Source of the DNA: an uncultured Gemmatimonadales bacterium
GTDB lineage: Bacteria; Gemmatimonadota; Gemmatimonadetes; Gemmatimonadales; GWC2-71-9
Assembly (NCBI GenBank): GCA_963748815.1
Contig: CAVVKJ010000010.1
Span: forward strand, 544,001 to 608,000
Length of the DNA stretch: 64,000 nucleotides
Direction of reading: 5' to 3'
Part shown: piece by piece, positions 48,367 to 57,546 of the stretch
Layout of the letters: each line of letters begins with the position of its first letter
Numbering within the stretch: position 1 is the stretch's first letter
Notes under the pieces: generated by a model
The model's database searches: none
What the model was told of the DNA's origin: nothing
What the model saw: the letters and a program-made list of their open reading frames with translations, nothing else
Made by a program: the position numbers and the translations under genes

Positions 48367-50334
48367 CTAGACGAGGGCCGCGGCATCCAGGATCAGCGCC
48401 GGCGTGCCGTCCGCGAGGATGGTCGCGCCGCTGAACAGCGGGGCGGTTCCCTTCGGGGCATCGAACGGCTCGACCACGACTTCCTGTTGTCCCATCAGCG
48501 AATCCACCACCACGGCCGACCGACGGTCGCCCACTTCCAGCACCAGCCCGGGCCGCCGCAGGGGAACCTCCCCGCCGTCCACGCCGAGCAGCGCGCGCAG
48601 ATGCACCGTCGGAATGACCCGGTCGCGCAGCACGATGGCCTCGCGCCCGTTGACCTCCGTGGCCGGCTGGGCGTCGAACTCCACCGTTTCCGCCACGTAC
48701 GACAGCGGCAGGAGGTAGCGCTCCGTTCCGACTCGGGCCGTCAGCACCCGCAGGATGGCGAGCGTCAGCGGGAGCCGCAGGGTGAAGGTCGTGCCCGTCC
48801 CGGGCGCGCTCGAGATTTCCACCGCGCCGCCGTGCGCCCGGACCCGGGTCAGCACGACGTCGATGCCGACGCCCCGGCCCGAGACGCTGCTCACCCGTTC
48901 CGCCGTGCTGAACCCCGGCCGGCCGAGCACCTTGAGCAGGAGGTCGTCGGTGAGGGTCTCCACCTCGACGCCGATGACCCCTTCCCGCTTCGCCTTGGCC
49001 AGGATGGCGCGGCGGTCGATGCCGCGCCCGTCGTCCTGGATCCGGATCGCAACGCTGCTGTGTTCGCGGGCCGCGGAGAGCACCAGCCGCCCCTCCGCCG
49101 GCTTCCCGTGCCGCTGGCGCTCCTCGGGGGACTCGAGGCCGTGATCCACCGCATTCCGCAAGAGATGAAGGAGCGGGTCGCCGAGTTCGTCGAGGATGGC
49201 CCGGTCGAGCTCGATGCCCTCCCCCTCCATCTCGAACCGCACCTGCTTGCCCAGCTGGCGGGCGAGGTCCCGGACCGCGCGCGGGAAGCGGTCGAACACC
49301 TGCCAGACCGGAGTCATCCGCGCCTCGATGATTTCCGCCTGCAGGTCCGAGACCAACCGGCTGATCCGCGCCCCGAGCGCCTCGAGTTCGCCGCCGGGGT
49401 CGAGCTGGGCGAGCTCCACCAGCCGGTTCCGGGCGACGACGAGCTCGCCGACCTGGCTCATGAGGGCGTCGAGCCGGCGGCGGTCGACCCGAATTTGCCC
49501 GCTGCGTGCCGAGGGCACGGCCGGCGCCGCGGGCGCGGCTGCCGTGGGGATTCGCCACTCCGCCGTCTGGACGGTATCGGCGTCCACCGCGACGCTGGCG
49601 ATTTCACCGGCCGCCTCGATGGCCGCCACGATCTGCGACTCGCCGATCGGGGCGTCGAGCCGGAAGGTGAAGCGTCCATCGAACCCCTGCCCATCGAACG
49701 ACGCGGCAGGCGGCATCACGCCCGTCACCTTGCCCAGCTGCTCCGCGCGCCGCAGGGCCAGATGGGCCCTCGCGCCGAGGAGCGGCGCGTCCGGCCGGAT
49801 CTCGACGCGAACCACCCGGCCCCCCTCGTCGCCAAAATCCGCCAGCTGGATCGGCATCGACGCGGGGGGTGCCACGGCCGGCTCGGGTTCGGGTGCAGCG
49901 CCCTTCTTCCCTTTGCGCGTTCCCGATTTCCTGGCCGGCGCCGCCTTCACGGTCGAGGCGGTGGCCGCCGCCTCGAGCGCGGCCTGCAGTTCCCCCGCGT
50001 CGAAGCCGGCGTCCGCCCCGGCCGCCGCCTCGTCGACGCCTCGTTCCAGGGCATCGACCGCCTTGAGCAGCAGATCCACCACTTGGGGGCCGCCGGTGGC
50101 GCGCCCACCGCGGATCGCGTCAAGCAGGTGTTCGGTCCGGTGGGCCAGGTCGGCGAGCCGCCCGTACCCCATGGTGGCCGCCATGCCCTTGAGCGAATGG
50201 ATGGCCCGGAACAGCCCGGCCACCGGTTCCGTCGCGCCAGGCTCCCGCTCCCAATCGAGCAGCAGCCGGTTGCAGGTGGTCAGGTGTTCGCGGCTCTCGG
50301 CAAGAAAGAGGGCGGCGTACTTGTTGAGGTCCAT
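48367..50334 (-). CDS. cheA: Chemotaxis histidine kinase CheA
   Basis: Hpt IHSLKG, P2-like domain, dimerisation domain, HLLRNAVDHG, DDGRG, GFSTA, SGRGVG and C-terminal CheW domain. Confidence 0.97.
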   Translation of the reverse strand: MDLNKYAALFLAESREHLTTCNRLLLDWEREPGATEPVAGLFRAIHSLKGMAATMGYGRLADLAHRTEHLLDAIRGGRATGGPQVVDLLLKAVDALERGVDEAAAGADAGFDAGELQAALEAAATASTVKAAPARKSGTRKGKKGAAPEPEPAVAPPASMPIQLADFGDEGGRVVRVEIRPDAPLLGARAHLALRRAEQLGKVTGVMPPAASFDGQGFDGRFTFRLDAPIGESQIVAAIEAAGEIASVAVDADTVQTAEWRIPTAAAPAAPAVPSARSGQIRVDRRRLDALMSQVGELVVARNRLVELAQLDPGGELEALGARISRLVSDLQAEIIEARMTPVWQVFDRFPRAVRDLARQLGKQVRFEMEGEGIELDRAILDELGDPLLHLLRNAVDHGLESPEERQRHGKPAEGRLVLSAAREHSSVAIRIQDDGRGIDRRAILAKAKREGVIGVEVETLTDDLLLKVLGRPGFSTAERVSSVSGRGVGIDVVLTRVRAHGGAVEISSAPGTGTTFTLRLPLTLAILRVLTARVGTERYLLPLSYVAETVEFDAQPATEVNGREAIVLRDRVIPTVHLRALLGVDGGEVPLRRPGLVLEVGDRRSAVVVDSLMGQQEVVVEPFDAPKGTAPLFSGATILADGTPALILDAAALV

Positions 50335-50338
50335 GGCG

Positions 50339-50701
50339 TCAGCCGAGGACGCGCTGTACCGCCTCGAGCACCCGGGATGGTTGGAAGGGCTTCACGACGA
50401 AATCCTTGGCGCCGGCCTGGATCGCCTCGACGACGAGGGCCTGCTGCCCCATGGCGCTGCACATCAGGATCCTGGCCTCGGGCGATTCCCGACAGATTTC
50501 GCGGACGGCGTCGATACCGCCCATATCGGGCATGACAATGTCCATGGTGACGAGATCGGGCTTGAGCTGGCGGTACTTCTCGACCGCCTGCACCCCGGTC
50601 TCGGCTTCACCCACCACCTCGAAGCCCGCCTGGGTGAGAATGTCGCTGATCATCGTCCGCATGAAGATGGCATCGTCGCACACCAGGACCGTGTGGCTCA
50701 C
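50339..50701 (-). CDS. cheY: Chemotaxis response regulator CheY
   Basis: DDAIFMR, TMDIVMP, CSAMGQQ and KPF motifs (Bacillus/Thermotoga-like CheY). Confidence 0.93.
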   Translation of the reverse strand: MSHTVLVCDDAIFMRTMISDILTQAGFEVVGEAETGVQAVEKYRQLKPDLVTMDIVMPDMGGIDAVREICRESPEARILMCSAMGQQALVVEAIQAGAKDFVVKPFQPSRVLEAVQRVLG

Positions 50702-50719
50702 AGGTCAGTCTCCAGGCGT

Positions 50720-51193
50720 CTAAGAGGGTCGTGAAAAGGAGCGGTCGGCGCCGCTGGCGGCGCTGAGCAGTGGTGCCAGCAGCGCCTCGGTATCGAGTAC
50801 CACAAAATGGCGGCCATCCCTGCGTCCAACCGCCTTGACCAGCCTGACATCGACCCCCGGTAGCGCCTCGCGCGCCTCCAACTGGTCGGCCGGGAGTTCG
50901 AAGAGGTCGTCCACCCGCCCCACCGCAAGCCCGAGACGGCGCGTCCCAACATCGACGATCAGCAGGGCGCCCTCGTGCTCGGGCAACCGCGGCCGGTCAA
51001 GCAGGCGATGGGCGTCCACCACGGTCAACAGCGTACCCCGCACGTTCACCAGCCCGATGATGGTATCGGGGGCTCCGGGGATCCGGGTTGTCGGAAGGGG
51101 CGCCAGGATTTCGCGGGCACGGCTGGCGAGCATCCCGCAGGCCAGGTTGCCCACCTGAAATACCACGACGCGCACCGCCTGAGAGTCAGCCAT
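50720..51193 (-). CDS. cheW: Chemotaxis adaptor CheW
   Basis: TRIPGAP...GLVNVRG.LLTVVD and GLAV motifs. ATG at 51193. Confidence 0.9.
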   Translation of the reverse strand: MADSQAVRVVVFQVGNLACGMLASRAREILAPLPTTRIPGAPDTIIGLVNVRGTLLTVVDAHRLLDRPRLPEHEGALLIVDVGTRRLGLAVGRVDDLFELPADQLEAREALPGVDVRLVKAVGRRDGRHFVVLDTEALLAPLLSAASGADRSFSRPS

Positions 51194-52196
51194 CTCTATT
51201 AAAGAAAAGAAGATAGCGAAGAGCCTCGGCGGGAGCAACCGAGATCGAGTCCCCCGCCGCCAGCACCAGGGACGCCTGCAGATCGGCGGGCCATTCCGCC
51301 CGGAATTCGAGGGCCTCTTCGGTGACCGGATGCTTGAACGCCAGCAGTGCCGCATGCAGCGCCTGCCGCGTCGCGGCCCGCTCCACCGCTTCGGCGATCA
51401 GCCGGGCCGACCCCGAGATGCGGCGGCTCCCGCCGGCGCCGTACACCGGGTCGCCAATGACCGGATGGCCGATATGGGCCAGGTGCACCCGAATCTGGTG
51501 GGTCCGGCCCGAGTGCAGCTCCAGCCGGAGGAGGTCGGCCACCTGGAAACGGGCGATGCACCAGGCATCGGTGCGGGCCGGGCGCCCGTCCGCCAGCACG
51601 GCCATCCGCTTCCGATCCCCGGGATGGCGTCCGAGCGGCGCCTCGATTCGGGTCGGGCTCTCGTCGAGGTGGCCCCAGACCAGGGCCGCGTACACCCGGC
51701 GGATCCGGCGGGCGGAGAGCATGTGCCCGAGCCGGCGATGTGCCAGGTCGGTCTTGGCCACCAGCATCAGCCCGGAGGTGTCCTTGTCCAGCCGGTGCAC
51801 GATGCCGGGCCGTCCCTCGGCTCCACCCGAGAGCGTGGTGCCGCGCGCCACGAGGGCGTTGACCAGGGTGTCGTCCCAGTGCCCGGGCGCGGGATGCACG
51901 ACGAGGCCCGCGGGCTTGTCGATGACGGCGAGGTGCTCGTCCTCGTAGATCACCGTGAGCGGGATGTCGGCGGGCCGGATCTGGCGTGGTGGCTCGCCCT
52001 CCGGCAGCGTGACCTCCACCGCGTCGCCGCGGACCAGCAGCCGGGAGGCGCGGGCCACCTTGCCGTTGACGGTCACCCGCTTGTCGGCCACCAGGCGCGC
52101 CGCCTGGGTCCGGGAATACTGGAGCTGATCGGCGAGAAATCGGTCGAGTCGCTCGGTACCGTCGGCGAGGACCGTGAAACGCTGGGGTGCGGTCAT
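51186..52196 (-). CDS. rluD: RluA/RluD family pseudouridine synthase with S4 domain
   Basis: RLD S4 domain, KPAGLVVHP, VHRLDKDTSG, GRTHQIRVH and QALHA motifs. ATG at 52196. Confidence 0.9.
   Translation of the reverse strand: MTAPQRFTVLADGTERLDRFLADQLQYSRTQAARLVADKRVTVNGKVARASRLLVRGDAVEVTLPEGEPPRQIRPADIPLTVIYEDEHLAVIDKPAGLVVHPAPGHWDDTLVNALVARGTTLSGGAEGRPGIVHRLDKDTSGLMLVAKTDLAHRRLGHMLSARRIRRVYAALVWGHLDESPTRIEAPLGRHPGDRKRMAVLADGRPARTDAWCIARFQVADLLRLELHSGRTHQIRVHLAHIGHPVIGDPVYGAGGSRRISGSARLIAEAVERAATRQALHAALLAFKHPVTEEALEFRAEWPADLQASLVLAAGDSISVAPAEALRYLLFFNRDG
51210..51238 (-). promoter_or_regulatory. Putative promoter of the che-mgl operon, embedded in the 3' end of rluD
   Basis: TTGCTC(51238-33), 17-nt spacer, TATCTT(51215-10), then an AT-rich leader to the cheW ATG. 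Confidence 0.55.
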
Positions 52197-52206
52197 GGGG
52201 CCGGCC

Positions 52207-52716
52207 TCAGCCGGCCGACGCAGCTTCGTGGCGGGCCTGCCGGTTGTCTTCCATCCAGAGCGAGATCGCGAGCGCCACGGCGCCACACGTCACCGCGATG
52301 TCGGCCACGTTGAACGTGGGCCAGCGGAGGCTGCCGATGCCGAAATCGAGGAAGTCCACCACGCCGCGAGGACTCCGGATCCGGTCCACGAGGTTGCCCG
52401 CCGCCCCGCCGGCCACGAGGCCGAGGGCCAGCTGGCGCAACCGATCGCCGGTCTCGGCGACGGCCGACATCCGGGTCAGCAGCACCACCGCTCCGAGCGC
52501 CAGCACGAGGAAGATCCAGCGGGAATACGAGCCGAGGTGCAGGCCGAAGGCGGCGCCGGGATTGTACACGAGGGTGAGCTGGAACCACTCCCCCACGACG
52601 GGAATGCCGGTGGTCCGGAGCAGGTACGCTTCGGCCACGAGCTTCGTCAGGGCATCGAGGAGGAGTACGCCGAGGGCGGTCGCGAAGTACAGCCGCCGCT
52701 CACCGGCGCTTGGCAT
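52207..52716 (-). CDS. lspA: Lipoprotein signal peptidase
   Basis: D..TK, NPGAAF, GNLVDR, VVDF and FNVAD motifs. Confidence 0.95.
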   Translation of the reverse strand: MPSAGERRLYFATALGVLLLDALTKLVAEAYLLRTTGIPVVGEWFQLTLVYNPGAAFGLHLGSYSRWIFLVLALGAVVLLTRMSAVAETGDRLRQLALGLVAGGAAGNLVDRIRSPRGVVDFLDFGIGSLRWPTFNVADIAVTCGAVALAISLWMEDNRQARHEAASAG

Positions 52717-53083
52717 CCTCTTCCTTTTCCTTGCAGCTGATGCAGAGGCGGGCGTGCGGCAGCGCGTCGAGGCGCTCGAAGTTGATGGCCGAGCCGCAGC
52801 TCTCGCAGGTGCCGAACTTCTCGGGGTTGTTGTAGAGCCGCCCCAGCGCCTGGTTGACGTGCCAGAGGTATCGGCCCTCCTTGGACGCCATCAGGAACTG
52901 CTTCTCGCGCTCCATGGCGTCGGTCCCCTGGTCGGCCATGTGGAACGAGTAGGAGCTGAGGTCGCCGTCGGCGCCCTGCAGGGTGGAGTTGAAGGACTCG
53001 TCGTAGTGGCCGAGTTCCTTCATCACGCGGGCCCGTTCCTCGATGAGTCGCTTCTCGAAATACGTCAGCTGCTTCTTGTTCAT
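52700..53083 (-). CDS. TraR/DksA C4 zinc-finger protein
   Basis: Coiled coil with HMADQGTD; C-x2-C...RL.ALP...C-x2-C zinc finger. Confidence 0.9.
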   Translation of the reverse strand: MNKKQLTYFEKRLIEERARVMKELGHYDESFNSTLQGADGDLSSYSFHMADQGTDAMEREKQFLMASKEGRYLWHVNQALGRLYNNPEKFGTCESCGSAINFERLDALPHARLCISCKEKEEDAKRR

Positions 53084-56000
53084 GCCCTGTCCGTGTCTGT
53101 GTGCCGGCCGGTGGGCCGGACATCGTCGTGTCGTTGAATGCCGATGACCGCGTCGTGCCCGTCGAGCGTCACGCGCTGCTCGCGGTCCGGGCGGTCGGCC
53201 CGTGATCCTACCACCAATGCGCGGGCGAGGGTCTCGCCCTGGATGAACTCCGCGTGCGCCTGCACCGCGGCCAGCAGCTCGGGCGCGCCGTCAATGGCCA
53301 GCGCCACCCGGGTCGAGAGGTCGTACCCCGCTTCCTTGCGGAGGCGCTGGATGCGATTGACCATTTCGCGCGCCACCCCCTCCTGCCGGAGGGCCGCGGT
53401 GAGTACGGGATCGAGCGCCGCCACGAAGGGTCCGTCGCTCTGGACCGCCAGGTCGCTGGCCACCTCCCTGCTCACTGCCACATCCTCGGAAAGATACTCA
53501 AATCGCCGCCCGTCCACCTCCACCGAGGCCACCCCGCCTCCCTCGAGCTCCCGGAGTTGATCCGGGTCGAGGCGGGCGGCGGCGGCCGCGGCCAGCGGGG
53601 TGTCCTTGCCGTAGCGCTTCCCGAGTGACCGGAAATTCGGCTTGGCGCGGAGGGTGACGAGGTCGGCGTCCGAGGCCACGATCTCCACCGCCTTCACGTT
53701 GACCTCGCGGCCGAGCAGCCCGAGCAGCGAGGTGAAGGCGGGGCCCTGCACCGTGGACGGCACCGCGACCACCATCCGGGCCAGCGGTTGCCGCACGCCA
53801 GAGCCGATCTCCTCCCGCGCGGCGCGAGCCAGCGAGGCCAGCCGCCGCACCGCATCCATCGCCGCTTCAAGCGGTTCGTCGCGCGCCCCGCCCGGCGCCG
53901 GAAACCGGGCCAGGTGAACCGACGAACCGGCCAGGCCGCGATGCATCCAGTCGGAGAGGAACGGCGCCGCCGGCGCGAGGAGGCGCGAGACGGTGACGAG
54001 ACAGGTATGGAGGGTGGCGAGCGCCTCCGGGTCGGCCTCGGCGTCCGCCGCCCAGAAGCGGGCCCGGTTCAGGCGAACGTACCAGTTCGACAGGTCGTCG
54101 ACCACGAACCCCATCAGCGCCCTGGTCCCGGCGGTGACATCGTAGCCGTCCCACGCGGCGTTCACCTCGTCGACGACGGCGGCCAGCCGGCTCATGATCC
54201 ACCGGTCGGCGAGCGACGCCGGCGCGGCGGGCGGCGCCTCGGCGGGCCGCCACTCGCCGGCATACTGGGCAAAGAACCGGTAGGTGTTGCGCAGCGTGTT
54301 CACGAAGCCGCCCGCCACCTCCGGAATGGTCCGCGCGTCGAACTTTTTCGGGAGCCAGACCTGGCTCGACACCAGCAGGTAGAGCCGCACCACGTCGGCC
54401 CCGTGCTCCGCCAGCAGCTCGCTCGGGTTCACGACGTTGCCGCGGCTCTTGGACATCTTCTGGCCGTCGGCGTCGAGGACCAGCTCGTTGACGATGACGT
54501 TGCGATACGCCGGCGCGTCGAACGCCGCGGTGGAGATGGCGAGCAGCGAGTAGAACCACCCGCGGGTCTGGTCGATCCCCTCGCAGATGAAGTCCGCGGG
54601 GAACTGCGCCTGGAATTCCGCCTCGTGCTCGAACGGGTAGTGCCATTGCGCGTAGGGCATCGAGCCGGAATCGAACCAGGTGTCGATGACCTCGGTGGCA
54701 CGCGTCATCGTGCCGCCGCAGTCGCAGCTCCAGCGGTACTCGTCGATGAACGGCTTGTGGGGGTCAAAGTCCGCCGGCAGCTCCCTGCCCCACCGCCTGG
54801 CAAGCTCCGCGTAGCTGCCGATGACCGTCACGTGCGAGGGGTCCTGGTCGCAAGACCAGACCGGCAGCGGCGTCCCCCAGTACCGGTCGCGGCTCAGCGC
54901 CCAGTCCACGTTGTTCGACAGCCACTCGCCGAACCGTCCCGCACCGACCTCGGGGGGATGCCACGCGACCTCGGCGTTGAGCGCGAGCATCCGCTCGCGG
55001 AGCGACGAGGTCCGGACGAACCAGGAATCCCGGGCGTAGTAGATCAGCTTGCTGCGACACCGCCAGCAGTGGGGATAGGTGTGGACGTACTGCTCGGTCA
55101 GGAGGTGGCGCCCGTCGGCCTTGAGCCGCCGGATGATCAGCTCGTTGGTCTGGTCGTCGGTGACCAGCAGACCGTCGAGCTCGGGCCAGGTGGTGCCGAC
55201 GAAGGTCCCGTCCGCCGCCACGGGCCGGAGCAGCGCCAGGCCGTGGGTCTGTCCGGCGGCGTAGTCGTCGGCGCCGAAGGCCGGCGCCATGTGCACGATG
55301 CCGGAGCCGTCGGTGGCGGTCACGAAATCGCCGGCCACCACGACGCTGTGCGCCCGGTCGTCCGGCAAGGGGACGACATCGAGCGGGCGGACATACCGGA
55401 GGCCGACCAGGTCCGCGCCCAGCAGAGTTCGGACCGGCTCGGTCACGCCCCCCTCCCCGAAGAGCCGCGCCAGCAATTTCGGCGCGAGGCTCGTGGCCAT
55501 CACCAGCCGGCGGCCCGGCGCCCGCGGATCGGCATACTCACCGTACTCGAGCTCCGGGTGGACCGCGGCCGCCACGTTGGAGGGGAGCGTCCACGGCGTC
55601 GTCGTCCAGACGACCAGCTCGCGGCCGGAGCCGTCCTCCAGCGGGAAGGTCACGAAGATGGCGCGGTCCCGCACCTCCTCGTACCCCTGCGCCAGCTCGT
55701 GGCTCGAGAGGACGGTACCGCAGCGCGGACAGTACGGCAGGACCCGGTGCCCCCGGTAGAGCAGGTCGCGGTCGTGCAGCCGGCGGAGGATCGACCAGAC
55801 CGATTCCACGTACTCATTGCTGAAGGTGATGTAGGGATGGTCGTAGTCGAGCCAGTACCCGATCCGGTCGGACAGCGCCTCCCAGTCGGACTTGTAGGTG
55901 AAGACGCTGCTCCGGCACAGCGCGTTGAACCGCTCGACGCCGTATTCCTCGATGGCCTTCTTCCCCTTCAGGCCCAGCTGCTTTTCCACCTCGATTTCGA

Positions 56001-56274
56001 CCGGCAGCCCGTGCGTGTCCCACCCCGCGATGCGGGTGACCGACCGCCCCTGCATGGCGCGGAACCGGCAGACGAGGTCCTTGATGGTCCGGGAGAAGAC
56101 GTGGTGGATGCCCGGCCGGCCGTTGGCGGTCGGCGGACCCTCGAAGAAGACGAACGGCGTCCCCCCCTTCCCCACCGCAAGGCTCTGACGGAAGAGGTCT
56201 TCCGCCTTCCAGGTCGCGAGCAACTGCTGCTCGAGCTGGTCCGCGGCAAGATCGGGAAGGAGGGGAAAGGCCAT
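53080..56274 (-). CDS. ileS: Isoleucine--tRNA ligase, type 2
   Basis: GPPTANG, GWDTHGLP, WTTTPWTLP, SRDRYWGTP, EGIDQTRGWF and KMSKS motifs; long IleRS2-type C-terminus. ATG at 56274. Confidence 0.96.
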   Translation of the reverse strand: MAFPLLPDLAADQLEQQLLATWKAEDLFRQSLAVGKGGTPFVFFEGPPTANGRPGIHHVFSRTIKDLVCRFRAMQGRSVTRIAGWDTHGLPVEIEVEKQLGLKGKKAIEEYGVERFNALCRSSVFTYKSDWEALSDRIGYWLDYDHPYITFSNEYVESVWSILRRLHDRDLLYRGHRVLPYCPRCGTVLSSHELAQGYEEVRDRAIFVTFPLEDGSGRELVVWTTTPWTLPSNVAAAVHPELEYGEYADPRAPGRRLVMATSLAPKLLARLFGEGGVTEPVRTLLGADLVGLRYVRPLDVVPLPDDRAHSVVVAGDFVTATDGSGIVHMAPAFGADDYAAGQTHGLALLRPVAADGTFVGTTWPELDGLLVTDDQTNELIIRRLKADGRHLLTEQYVHTYPHCWRCRSKLIYYARDSWFVRTSSLRERMLALNAEVAWHPPEVGAGRFGEWLSNNVDWALSRDRYWGTPLPVWSCDQDPSHVTVIGSYAELARRWGRELPADFDPHKPFIDEYRWSCDCGGTMTRATEVIDTWFDSGSMPYAQWHYPFEHEAEFQAQFPADFICEGIDQTRGWFYSLLAISTAAFDAPAYRNVIVNELVLDADGQKMSKSRGNVVNPSELLAEHGADVVRLYLLVSSQVWLPKKFDARTIPEVAGGFVNTLRNTYRFFAQYAGEWRPAEAPPAAPASLADRWIMSRLAAVVDEVNAAWDGYDVTAGTRALMGFVVDDLSNWYVRLNRARFWAADAEADPEALATLHTCLVTVSRLLAPAAPFLSDWMHRGLAGSSVHLARFPAPGGARDEPLEAAMDAVRRLASLARAAREEIGSGVRQPLARMVVAVPSTVQGPAFTSLLGLLGREVNVKAVEIVASDADLVTLRAKPNFRSLGKRYGKDTPLAAAAAARLDPDQLRELEGGGVASVEVDGRRFEYLSEDVAVSREVASDLAVQSDGPFVAALDPVLTAALRQEGVAREMVNRIQRLRKEAGYDLSTRVALAIDGAPELLAAVQAHAEFIQGETLARALVVGSRADRPDREQRVTLDGHDAVIGIQRHDDVRPTGRHTDTDRA

Positions 56275-56299
56275 CAGGAACGGCGGCGCGGGAGCGCGC

Positions 56300-56818
56300 T
56301 CACGCCTGCTTCTTGAGGACGGGCTCGGTCTGCGACTGGGCGGCCGTCTGGGCGTAGGCCTGCAACCCGTCGACTTCACCGAGCTGCCGCTCCAGCAGGG
56401 CCCGGAAATTCGCGAGGAAGGCGGCAAACTGACGCTTGCCGACGTCAGTGCGTTCGCGGAGGAGTCGCTCCTCTCCCTGGGTTTCGTTCAACAGTTGCAG
56501 CGCCTCGGTCCTGGCCTCGCGGAGGATCAGCTCGGCGTCCTTGCGGGCCTGCTGCTCCGCGTCGACGCGCAATTGCTGCGCCGCCAGGAGCGCCTCGTTC
56601 ATGGCGCGCTCCCGGTCGCGGAAGGCGCGCAGCTGCTCCTGGAATCCCCGCATCCGCTCCTCGAGCTGCGCCCGCTCGCGGAGCGCCCGCTCGAACTCCT
56701 CCGACACCCGCTGCTGGAACGACTCCACCAGCGCAGGGTCGTAGCCGCGGAAGGTGCGCGGGAACTCGTGGCCCCGGATGTCGTGCGGGGTAAGCTGGAA
56801 GCTGTCATCGGTCGTCAT
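56300..56818 (-). CDS. divIVA: DivIVA domain protein
   Basis: LTP.DI...EF....RGYD..V..F followed by a long coiled coil. Confidence 0.88.
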   Translation of the reverse strand: MTTDDSFQLTPHDIRGHEFPRTFRGYDPALVESFQQRVSEEFERALRERAQLEERMRGFQEQLRAFRDRERAMNEALLAAQQLRVDAEQQARKDAELILREARTEALQLLNETQGEERLLRERTDVGKRQFAAFLANFRALLERQLGEVDGLQAYAQTAAQSQTEPVLKKQA

Positions 56819-57501
56819 GCGGGTCGTCCCCCGAACAGAATCGTTCCCAACCTGACCATCGTGGCCCCCTCCTCCACCGCCACTTCGAAATCTCCGGACA
56901 TCCCCATCGAGAGCTCCGGCAGGGCGTGCCCACGGGCGGTGGCGTCATCGCGCAGGCGGCGGAGCATCCCGAACGCCCGTCGCTGGAGCGCCTCGTCGTC
57001 GGTGAGTTCCGCCATGGTCATCAGGCCGCGGAGCTCCAGCCGGCGGCAGTCGCGCACCGCGTCGAGCAACGCCGGCAATTCCGCCGGCTCGACGCCGCCC
57101 TTCTGCGGCTCCGCCGAGCAGTTGACCTGCACGAGGACCGCCTGGCGGGCGCCTTCCGCCGTGCGACGGTCAAGTTCGTGGGCCAGTCCGAGACGATCGA
57201 CGGAGTGCACCAGGGAAAACCGCCCGACGACACGCCGCGCCTTGTTCTGCTGCAGCGTCCCGATCAGGTGCCAGTGGACGGACAGCTCCGGCAGGGCATC
57301 CTGCTTCGGCAACGCCTCCTGGACGCGATTTTCGCCGACATCATGCAGCCCGGCCGCAACCGCGGCGCGCACCGCCTCCGGCCCGAAGGTCTTGGTGACC
57401 GCCACGACCGTCACGGCCTGCGACCGGCCGGCGCGCGCCTGGGCCGCCGCGATCCGCTCCCGGACCGACGCGAGCCGTCCGGGAAGCTCCGGGAATGTCA
57501 T
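56815..57501 (-). CDS. yggS: PLP homeostasis protein YggS
   Basis: VAVTKT, GENRVQE, WHLIGTLQ, SMGMSGD and VRLGT motifs. Confidence 0.95.
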   Translation of the reverse strand: MTFPELPGRLASVRERIAAAQARAGRSQAVTVVAVTKTFGPEAVRAAVAAGLHDVGENRVQEALPKQDALPELSVHWHLIGTLQQNKARRVVGRFSLVHSVDRLGLAHELDRRTAEGARQAVLVQVNCSAEPQKGGVEPAELPALLDAVRDCRRLELRGLMTMAELTDDEALQRRAFGMLRRLRDDATARGHALPELSMGMSGDFEVAVEEGATMVRLGTILFGGRPA

Positions 57502-57546
57502 AACCGCGAAAAATACAACGAGTTGGCAGGGATTTGCAGGGAGCGG

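Noticed and set aside
52700..53083. Assigning the gene symbol dksA
   Set aside because: The coiled-coil tip (HMADQGT) differs from the canonical DxxDxA motif, so it is kept as a TraR/DksA-family protein.
56275..56299. T-box leader upstream of ileS (or of asnS at 9337-9383)
   Set aside because: The intergenic gaps are far too short, and no T-box motif is visible.
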